DNA of 64,000 bases from an uncultured delta proteobacterium. Lineage in GTDB: Bacteria > Myxococcota > Kuafuiibacteriia > Kuafuiibacteriales > Kuafuiibacteriaceae. Positions 54,922 through 64,000 of the stretch are shown here, piece by piece (the first letter of the stretch is position 1; each line of letters opens with the position of its first letter). The DNA lies in the NCBI GenBank assembly GCA_963803435.1, contig CAWDML010000003.1, positions 544,001 through 608,000 on the forward strand, read 5' to 3'. The notes under the pieces are model-generated. The model saw only the letters and a program-made list of their open reading frames with translations, was not told where the DNA came from and made no database searches. The position numbers and the translations under genes were made by a program.

Positions 54922-55478
54922 ACACCTAGCCCTCGTACGTACTCGAACGTCCATCGCGCTTCCACGACCGACCAGAGGCCGCCCCCGTCATCGATGCGCC
55001 CCAGGTTGCGCTTCTCTCCCGGCGTACCGCCGCTGATCGGCTCGGCCCACTCGGGGGCGTCGGTCACGAAGAGCGAGACGACCCCCGAGAAGAAGACGAT
55101 ACCGAGATCGTTCGGGTCGAACCTGAGGTCGACGCCGTGCTCGAACGGCTGGACCGACTCGTGCGGCTTGCCCGGCTCACGCTCCGAGATCTGCTCGCCG
55201 AGCCACTTCGTGTTGTCGAAGTCGTTGTTCGCGACCCAGCGGAAGAGGAGCCGATCGCTGTCCAGGTCGACGACGTTGTCGGCCTTCAGCACGTACTGCT
55301 CGTCGCAGTTGAGGTCGACCCGGGTCTTGGGCGCGGAGGGGATCAGCTGCGTCAGATCGATCTTGGGCGGGTAGGGCCCCGGCACCTCCGGCGTCAGGCC
55401 GTCGGGGGGGATCACACATCCGGAGAGAGACATCGACGCCGCGATCGAGAGCAGGAGCTGTGCCGAAGTCCGCGCCAC
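54903..55478 (-). CDS. Hypothetical lipoprotein
   Basis: Lipobox LSGC followed by VIPP; LFRWVANND motif. Confidence 0.7.
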   Translation of the reverse strand: MARTSAQLLLSIAASMSLSGCVIPPDGLTPEVPGPYPPKIDLTQLIPSAPKTRVDLNCDEQYVLKADNVVDLDSDRLLFRWVANNDFDNTKWLGEQISEREPGKPHESVQPFEHGVDLRFDPNDLGIVFFSGVVSLFVTDAPEWAEPISGGTPGEKRNLGRIDDGGGLWSVVEARWTFEYVRGLGVCEQPN

Positions 55479-55567
55479 GGAGGATAGTTCCCGGGTCTCG
55501 GCATCTTATACCGGTTCCCTACCCGTGTGGGTGCGCCTCGGGTCGGACACGGCTGTCGTGCGGAGCC

Positions 55568-57457
<1,890 letters not shown>

Positions 57458-57480
57458 CGGTAAGGAGCTACATACCTCAC

Positions 57481-58209
57481 CTACGGGGTGGCCTGCACAT
57501 CGGCCTCCAGACGATCCAGGAGAAAAATGCCGTGGATCACGCTGCCGACGTACGCCAGCACCGCCACCGCCAGCCCGCTGTACATGACCGCGAGCCATCG
57601 GTCATAGGCCGGGAGGTCCGGCGGCGTCCGCGAGGCGCCGATCCAGCCCCCGATGTTGGCGGCGAGCCCGAGCGTCTGCACCACCGCGAACGATGCGCCC
57701 CACCCGGGCTGGTCCAGCACGAACTGGGGCACGCCGAAGGGGAGGAAGGCGGTCGCCCGGTGGGGCACGACCACCAGCTTCAGCTTCATCGGCGGCTCAG
57801 GGTTGGGATTCTCGCCCCGCTCCGCCAGGATCTTGTCGAGCGTGGGCTTGAGCTCGCGCCGAACGCCTTCGAAGGTGGCGATCACCTCGGGTGGCACCAC
57901 GAACGGATCGAGCTCGTGCCTGGGGTCGATCAGCAAGAGGTCGCCGAACTCCTCCTTCGCCTCCTCGACGCGCCCGAGCAGGTGAAGGCTCACGCCCATC
58001 AGTGAGCGGGCCTCCACCTTGAGCTTGTCGTCGAGGATCCGCATCGGATGCACCCAGGGGCGCAGCAGATCGAGGACCTTCTGGAAGTCGCGGAACTCGA
58101 AAGCGGCGTTCGCCAGCTCGACGGCGCTCTTCTCGTCCTTTGGCGCCTCCTGGGCGAACGCGGCGCTGCTCCCCAGCACGGCGATCAGCATCACCCACCG
58201 AGGCGGCAC
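57481..58209 (-). CDS. Secreted/membrane TPR-like protein
   Basis: Signal peptide, TPR-like helices with LDPFVVPP, FLPFGVPQF, two C-terminal hydrophobic segments. Confidence 0.75.
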   Translation of the reverse strand: MPPRWVMLIAVLGSSAAFAQEAPKDEKSAVELANAAFEFRDFQKVLDLLRPWVHPMRILDDKLKVEARSLMGVSLHLLGRVEEAKEEFGDLLLIDPRHELDPFVVPPEVIATFEGVRRELKPTLDKILAERGENPNPEPPMKLKLVVVPHRATAFLPFGVPQFVLDQPGWGASFAVVQTLGLAANIGGWIGASRTPPDLPAYDRWLAVMYSGLAVAVLAYVGSVIHGIFLLDRLEADVQATP

Positions 58210-58230
58210 GGGCGGAAGGATGCCCTTCCT

Positions 58231-59964
58231 TCAGTACGACGTCCAACCCCGGAACTCGTCCGGGTTCTCTTCGATCTCTTTTTGGTCGCGGGCGACCCGG
58301 AATCGCAGCTCGCCCACCTCGGGTCCGCGCGCGCCGTCGATGATCGAGAAGATGCGCCCGGTGCTGTCGACCTCGACGATCCGCGGTGCGTATCTCCCCG
58401 GGACGCCGGCCTGGCCGCCGCGGGGCTTCTCCACGTAGACCTGGTGGCGTCCCACCGGCAGCGTGACCTCGCGAAGCACCTTTCCGGGGAACACTTGGTC
58501 GTCGACGTGGATGTCTCCGAACCCGGATCCAATGCGGACGTTCAGCCGTCCCACGATCGGCTCGGCCGGCGGCGGCTCCACCCGATCGCTGGGCATTGGC
58601 GGAGGCGGTGGCGGTGGCGGCGGCGCGACGTGTCTCGCGACCCCCTTGCTCCGCGGCGGAGCGCGCGTCACCGGAGGCGGGTCGATCGGTGAATCCGGGT
58701 GCGCCGCCGCCGCGCCGACGCTCGCCGTGTGGGCGCGCTCGGGCCGGTGCTCGACCTTCGAGACGATCGCCGCGGTCACTGGGACCGCCCCGTCGACGGC
58801 GGCGCGGCCCGTCTGCTCGGCGCCGGCGATGGTGGCCGCCCCCCAGCCGGCGCCGCCGACGGCGCACAGAAGACCGGTCGCGGCCACCGCCTGCTTGGCG
58901 CGGCGGACCATCCGCTCCTTCTTGCCGATCCGCGCCGACAGCGCCTTCACCTTCTCGTGGTGGGGATCGATCGCGAGCACGCGGTTGAATCGATCCATCG
59001 CCCGCGCCACGTTCTGCTCGGCCAGTGCCGTCTCACCGGCGGCCGCCAGGCGATCGATCAGCTTCGGCTCCAGCCCATCCGCGAAGCCCCGCGGATCCAG
59101 CAGGAACTGCCGCGTCAGGTGTCCGGGCGGCTCGAGCTCCACCTCTCGCAACTCCTCGAACAGATCGGTCTCGAGGTGGCTCACGTCCTGGTAGCGCGCG
59201 TCCGGATCCTGCGCGAGCGCCTTCTCGATGATGCGCGCCAGCCCGTTGCCGATCTTCGGCTCGAGCATCTGGGGCGGATCGTAGCTGCCCTCGAGGATCC
59301 GGCGGAACAACGCCGACGGGGTCGGCGCCTCGAACGGCAGCTGTCCCGTGCAAAGCCAGTAGAGGATCGTGCCCAGCGAGAAGATGTCCGAGCGGTGATC
59401 CGACGGCTTCCCGTCGATCACCTCCGGGGCCATGTGCGCGGGTGATCCGAGGAGCGTACCGGTGGCCGTCAGCTTGGTGGCGCCGCCCATGATCTGTGCG
59501 ATGCCGAAGTCCATCAGCTTCAGCTGCCCGCTGGTGGTGATCATGATGTTCTCCGGCTTGAGGTCCCGGTGCACCACGCCCTGCTCGTGCGCGTGGCGGA
59601 GGGCGCGCGTCAGCTCGGCCAGCACCAGCGCGCCCAGCTCCGGGAACCGAGGCGCGCCGTGCTCCTCGACGAACTTGCGCAGCGTCTTCCCCTCGATCAG
59701 CTCGGTGACGATGTACGCGGGCTCGGCGTCGGGGCCGGAGTAGTCGAAGATCTCCAGGATGCCCGGGTGATGGAGCTTCGCCACCGCCACCGCCTCGCGA
59801 TGGAAGCGCCGGCGAGCCTCGGGCTGCTTGGCGAGGAACGCGTGGAGCACCTTGAGGGCGACGTCGCGCGCGAGCTGCTGGTCGCGCGCGCGATAGACGA
59901 CGCTCATCCCGCCCTGCCCGAGCTCACCGAGGACCGTGTATCTCTCGAGCTCAGGCGTGCTCAC
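58231..59964 (-). CDS. Transmembrane Ser/Thr protein kinase
   Basis: LGQGGMSVVY, VALK, HRDLKPEN, DFGIA, GSPAHMAPE; TM, Pro-rich linker, PEGA-like C-terminus. Confidence 0.93.
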   Translation of the reverse strand: MSTPELERYTVLGELGQGGMSVVYRARDQQLARDVALKVLHAFLAKQPEARRRFHREAVAVAKLHHPGILEIFDYSGPDAEPAYIVTELIEGKTLRKFVEEHGAPRFPELGALVLAELTRALRHAHEQGVVHRDLKPENIMITTSGQLKLMDFGIAQIMGGATKLTATGTLLGSPAHMAPEVIDGKPSDHRSDIFSLGTILYWLCTGQLPFEAPTPSALFRRILEGSYDPPQMLEPKIGNGLARIIEKALAQDPDARYQDVSHLETDLFEELREVELEPPGHLTRQFLLDPRGFADGLEPKLIDRLAAAGETALAEQNVARAMDRFNRVLAIDPHHEKVKALSARIGKKERMVRRAKQAVAATGLLCAVGGAGWGAATIAGAEQTGRAAVDGAVPVTAAIVSKVEHRPERAHTASVGAAAAHPDSPIDPPPVTRAPPRSKGVARHVAPPPPPPPPPMPSDRVEPPPAEPIVGRLNVRIGSGFGDIHVDDQVFPGKVLREVTLPVGRHQVYVEKPRGGQAGVPGRYAPRIVEVDSTGRIFSIIDGARGPEVGELRFRVARDQKEIEENPDEFRGWTSY

Positions 59965-59970
59965 TCTGTT

Positions 59971-61068
59971 CTACCCGAATTCGATGCCGAGCCTTCGCCC
60001 GGTCGCCACCAGCTCACCCTCGGGATCGACTCGCTTTTGCTGCGAGATCGCCTCCCCGAGCGGAACGCTGGCGATGTCCGCTCCGTGCAGCGCGACCATT
60101 CGGCCCCAGCGACCCTTGTCCGCGAGCTCGACGGCTGCGCTGCCGAAGCGCGTCGCGAGCAACCTATCGTAGCTCGAAGGTGTGCCCCCTCGCAGCAGAT
60201 GCCCGAGCACCGTGACTCGGGTCTCGAGGCCGGTCCGGACCGTGATCCCTTCCGCCGCCAGCGCGCCCGCCCCGCCCAGCCGGGGCATTCCCCCGGTGGT
60301 GGGCAGCGCTTCGATGAACGCCTGGCGGCCGCCGGCCGGGAACGCACCCTCTGCGATCACGACGATGGAGAAGAAGCGGCCGGCCGCCTGGCGGCGGCGT
60401 ACTTTGTCGCACACGCGCTGAATGTCGTACGGGATCTCGGGGATCAGGATGCAGTCCGCCCCGCCGGCCAGCCCCGCGTGAAGCGCAATCCAGCCACAGT
60501 TGCGGCCCATGACCTCGATGACCATGACGCGGTCGTGCGACTCCGCGGTGGAGTGGAGGCGATCGACAGCGTCCGTGGCCACCTCGACGGCCGTGTTGAA
60601 GCCGAAGGTCACGTCTGTGGCTGCGATGTCGTTGTCGATCGTCTTGGGCACGCCCACCACCCGGGCGCCCTGGTCCTCGAGCTGCTTGGCGATGCGGAGC
60701 GTGCCGTCGCCTCCCACGCAGATCAGGCCGTCCAGCTCCAGGATCCGCATCGCCTCGAGCACCTCCTCCGAGCGATCGACGAACACGGTCGACCCGTCGG
60801 GCTGCTTGACCGGAAACGCGAACGGATCGCCGCGGTTGGTGGTCCCCAGGATCGTCCCGCCCTTGGTCAGGATGCCGCGGACCGAGTCGCGCGCGAGCGG
60901 CTCGACGTCGTACGGGGAGGAGAGCAGGCCGTTGAACGAGTCGCGAATGCCGACCAGCTCGAAGCCGAAGTAGGTCACGCCCGCCTTCACGACGGCCCGG
61001 ATGACCGCATTGAGGCCGGGGCAGTCGCCGCCTCCGGTCAGCAGGCCGAGGCGTGTTCGTCGGACCAT
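59971..61068 (-). CDS. pfkA: 6-phosphofructokinase (group III-like)
   Basis: TGGGDCPGLN, GGTILGT, GGDGT, PKTIDND, EVMGR, LGHLLRGG. Confidence 0.95.
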   Translation of the reverse strand: MVRRTRLGLLTGGGDCPGLNAVIRAVVKAGVTYFGFELVGIRDSFNGLLSSPYDVEPLARDSVRGILTKGGTILGTTNRGDPFAFPVKQPDGSTVFVDRSEEVLEAMRILELDGLICVGGDGTLRIAKQLEDQGARVVGVPKTIDNDIAATDVTFGFNTAVEVATDAVDRLHSTAESHDRVMVIEVMGRNCGWIALHAGLAGGADCILIPEIPYDIQRVCDKVRRRQAAGRFFSIVVIAEGAFPAGGRQAFIEALPTTGGMPRLGGAGALAAEGITVRTGLETRVTVLGHLLRGGTPSSYDRLLATRFGSAAVELADKGRWGRMVALHGADIASVPLGEAISQQKRVDPEGELVATGRRLGIEFG

Positions 61069-61096
61069 GATCGGTCATTAGCAGAGACGTGCAGCG

Positions 61097-61126
61097 TTGA
61101 CACCCGCGAAGACCCCACCCTTAACT
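61097..61126 (+). promoter_or_regulatory. sigma70-type promoter (leaderless) for the acyl-CoA ligase
   Basis: TTGACA (61097-61102), 18 bp spacer, TTAACT (61121-61126), GTG 6 nt later. Confidence 0.55.
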
Positions 61127-61132
61127 GCGCCC

Positions 61133-62944
61133 GTGGCGGACAGCATCATCCAGGTCTTCGCAGAGACCGTCGCCCGGCGCGGGAACGATCCGGCGGCCCG
61201 CTTTCGAGATCGGAGCGGCCAATGGGTCACCCGGACCTGGTCGCAGATGGACAAGGCTCGCAAGATCCTCGGCGCCGGCCTCCTCGACCTGGGCCTCGCG
61301 GCCAAGGAGCGGGTCAACGTCCTGGCCGGCACCACCTACGAGTGGATGCTCGCCGACCTCGCGATCCAGACGTGCGGCGGGGAGACCGTGCCCGTCTATC
61401 AGAGCCTGCTCCCCCACGAGGTCGAGTACATCATCGACGACTCGGGTGCGGTGATGGTGTTCGTCGAGAACGCGGCGCAGCGGGACAAGGTGCTCGGCGT
61501 GGCGGCGAAGCTGCCGAAGCTCCGCAAGATCATCGTCATGTCCGACGAGAGCGACGGCGACGACCGCGTGGTGGGCTGGTCCGAGGTGATCCAGCGGGGC
61601 GAGGCCAAGCTGGCCGAGAGCGAGGCGGCGCTCGCGGCGAGGACCGCGGGTCTCACCCCCGCCGACGTCCTCACCATCATCTACACCTCCGGGACCACCG
61701 GGATGCCCAAGGGCGTGGTTCTCCCGCACTCGACGATGCTCTACGAGGTCGAGGCGGTGCTGAAGGCGAAGATCGTCGAGGCCACGGACCTCGAGCTCCT
61801 CTTCCTGCCGATGGCCCACGTCTTCGCCAAGGTCCTTCAGTGCACCTGGTTCGGCGCCGGGCACGAGATGGCGATCGACGGCGACGTCCAGAAGGTCGTC
61901 GACAACCTCGCCGAGACCCGGCCCACGGTGGTGGCGTCGGTCCCGCGGATCTTCGAGAAGGCGTACGCGCGCGTGGTCGCCCAGGGGCTCGAGGCGCCCG
62001 GCCTGCGCGGCAAGCTCTTCCGCTGGGCGCTCGACGTGAACGACCAGTACGCCCAGCACATGCTCGACGGAAAGCCGATCCCCTTCGGGCTCGACGTGCA
62101 GCTGGGGCTGGCCAAGAAGCTGGTGTTCTCGAAGGTGCACGAGAAGCTGATGGAGCGCTTCGGCGGGCGCCTCCGCTTCTTCGTCTCGGGCGGGGCGCCG
62201 CTGCCGAAGAAGATGGCGTACTTCTTTCAGAGCGCCGGGATCACGATCCTGGAGGGGTACGGCCTCACCGAGACCTCGGCGGCGACGACCGTCAATCGGC
62301 CCGAGAAGAACAAGCTGGGTACGGTGGGCCGGCCGCTCGACGGCACCGAGGTCAAGATCGCCGAGGACGGCGAGATCCTGATCCGCGGCCCGGGGGTCAT
62401 GCGCGAGTACTGGCAGCGCGCGGATGCGACCCAGGAGGTCTTCACGCCCGACGGGTTCTTCAGGACGGGGGACATCGGTGAGATCGATCGGGACGGCTAT
62501 CTCAAGATCACCGATCGCAAGAAGGACATCATCGTCACGGCCGGCGGCAAGAACGTCGCACCCCAGAACCTCGAGAACATGATCAAGGCCATGAGTCCGC
62601 TGGTCTCGCAGGTGGTGATCCACGGTGATCAGCGGAAGTACCTCACCGCGCTCCTCACCCTCGAGGCCGAGAGCGCCAAGAAGCTGGGCCTCGAGAAGGG
62701 GATCGGGGACGATTACGGCGCGGTCTGCAGATCGGACGCGGCCCGGCAGGCGATCCAGGCCATCCTGGATCAGGTGAACGGCCAGCTCGCCAGCTATGAG
62801 ACGATCAAGAAATTCGCGATCCTCGAGAAGGACTTCGAGGTGGGGCAGGAGCTGACGCCCTCGCTGAAGGTCAAGCGAAAGGTCGTCTCCGACAAATACA
62901 GGTCCCTCCTCGACGGGTTCTACGACGAGAAGGTGATCGAGTAG
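61133..62944 (+). CDS. Long-chain fatty acid--CoA ligase
   Basis: IIYTSGTTGMPKG, SGGAPL, EGYGLTE, FRTGDIG, TDRKKD, ELTPSLKVKR. Confidence 0.93.
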   Translation: MADSIIQVFAETVARRGNDPAARFRDRSGQWVTRTWSQMDKARKILGAGLLDLGLAAKERVNVLAGTTYEWMLADLAIQTCGGETVPVYQSLLPHEVEYIIDDSGAVMVFVENAAQRDKVLGVAAKLPKLRKIIVMSDESDGDDRVVGWSEVIQRGEAKLAESEAALAARTAGLTPADVLTIIYTSGTTGMPKGVVLPHSTMLYEVEAVLKAKIVEATDLELLFLPMAHVFAKVLQCTWFGAGHEMAIDGDVQKVVDNLAETRPTVVASVPRIFEKAYARVVAQGLEAPGLRGKLFRWALDVNDQYAQHMLDGKPIPFGLDVQLGLAKKLVFSKVHEKLMERFGGRLRFFVSGGAPLPKKMAYFFQSAGITILEGYGLTETSAATTVNRPEKNKLGTVGRPLDGTEVKIAEDGEILIRGPGVMREYWQRADATQEVFTPDGFFRTGDIGEIDRDGYLKITDRKKDIIVTAGGKNVAPQNLENMIKAMSPLVSQVVIHGDQRKYLTALLTLEAESAKKLGLEKGIGDDYGAVCRSDAARQAIQAILDQVNGQLASYETIKKFAILEKDFEVGQELTPSLKVKRKVVSDKYRSLLDGFYDEKVIE

Positions 62945-63014
62945 CTCGCACATTGCAAAACGCGGGTCATCCGTACTTGCAAGAGCCCTCGTTTTGCCCT
63001 GAAATCTCGCCACC

Positions 63015-63965
63015 ATGCGGCTGGTTCCCATCATGTTCCCGAGCGACCTCGGACGGAGTGACCGCGGCGTGTATCGGGAGCGAGGGGAGCGCGGTGCGCC
63101 CGACGTCTTTCTCGACACGCTGGAGGGTGAGGGCGTTCGGTTCGCTCGGCCTGTCACAGTGCCGGTCGAAGCGCCGACGGATCCCGATCCCGAGGACGCT
63201 CCGCTGAAGTTCGACGCCCTCAACGCGCGCGCCATCCGGGCCCTTGCGGACCTGGTGGAGCAGGTGAACGCCGACGCTGACTTTCCGCTCGTGCTCGGCG
63301 GTGATCACTCGGCGATGTGCGGTCACGTGCTCGGACATTCGATCCGGCACCCCGAGGGCATCGGCCTCGCGGTGCTGGCCGACAGCTACGTCGATCTGGC
63401 GACACCCGCGCGCCCCGTGTTCGACGACAAGGCGCTCTACAAGGATCCGGAGGTGACGGCCACCGGCGATCTTCACCGGATGGTCATGGCGGCCAGCCTG
63501 CGCATGATCCCCGAGCAGTTCGAGGTCGGGAAGGTGATGGCGAAGAGCGCGCTGCACGCGAGTCAGACCTCGGTGGCGGGCGTGCGCGCGCGCGACTGGG
63601 CGCAGGTCAAGAAGAACGAGAAGGCGGCCAAGGTCGAGGTCTGGCGGATGGAGCGGCTCGAGTTCGACGGAGAGTCGACCTATCGATCGATGCTCACCCG
63701 CCACCTCTCCGAGGGCCCGATCGTCCTCTCGATCGACGCCAGCGGTCTCGACCCCGACATGATGACGGCGGTCTCGGACTCGCTGCCCGACGGCATCGAG
63801 TGGTCGTTCCTCAAGAAGACGCTCGAGCAATGCTTGCCGCACTTGCCCCGCATTCTGGGGATCGACATCTCCGAGCTCGATCCCACGCGCGACGACGCCC
63901 ACAAGGGTTCGATCTTGCGCTTTGCCGAGACGTTGGCGCCGTTCCTAAAGAAGCTGACGCGCTGA
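63015..63965 (+). CDS. Arginase/ureohydrolase-fold protein with incomplete metal site
   Basis: LGGDHS, ADSYVD (canonical DAHxD), SIDASGLDP (canonical SxDxDxxDP), DISELDP. Confidence 0.8.
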   Translation: MRLVPIMFPSDLGRSDRGVYRERGERGAPDVFLDTLEGEGVRFARPVTVPVEAPTDPDPEDAPLKFDALNARAIRALADLVEQVNADADFPLVLGGDHSAMCGHVLGHSIRHPEGIGLAVLADSYVDLATPARPVFDDKALYKDPEVTATGDLHRMVMAASLRMIPEQFEVGKVMAKSALHASQTSVAGVRARDWAQVKKNEKAAKVEVWRMERLEFDGESTYRSMLTRHLSEGPIVLSIDASGLDPDMMTAVSDSLPDGIEWSFLKKTLEQCLPHLPRILGIDISELDPTRDDAHKGSILRFAETLAPFLKKLTR

Positions 63966-64000
63966 GCGGCGGTCGAGAGCGCTCGACAGCGTACGCGAGT

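Noticed and set aside
61097-61132. TTG 61097 as start of the acyl-CoA ligase
   Set aside because: The TTG is part of a TTGACA -35 element; GTG 61133 fits better.

Overview
High-GC window with myxobacterial (Myxococcota-like) gene content. From left to right it contains: the 5' end of a class II HMG-CoA reductase; an operon-like run of a stalked octaheme cytochrome c, a cupredoxin-like protein, an outer-membrane barrel and ppk1; a degenerate PHP protein with an RGG tail; a patatin; a CheB/CheR-PAS-HK-REC hybrid; a STAND-type Ser/Thr kinase; PrkA; the dcw cluster (mraZ to ftsZ, lacking murB and ddl, with a GATC-dense relic in their place); a tgl-like fusion, an HTH protein, recO and fused glyQS. 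An accessory cassette follows at 43.1-51.5 kb, then AraC, a kinase/FHA-sigma54 activator/lipoprotein cassette, pfk, an acyl-CoA ligase and a degenerate arginase-fold protein. The best candidate for an undescribed system is the accessory cassette. It has a sensor-less sigma54 activator, a -24/-12 promoter, two SCP2-like proteins, a ~730 aa unknown protein, a PPDK with intact ATP-grasp and phospho-His domains but a degenerate pyruvate site, a SycD/LcrH-like TPR protein and a helical unknown. Three apparent +1 frameshifts all sit on GAATC/GATTC and revert to GATC, which suggests a systematic sequencing error at a modified motif. No rRNA, tRNA, CRISPR array or transposase was recognised. All family calls come from motif recognition, not database searches.
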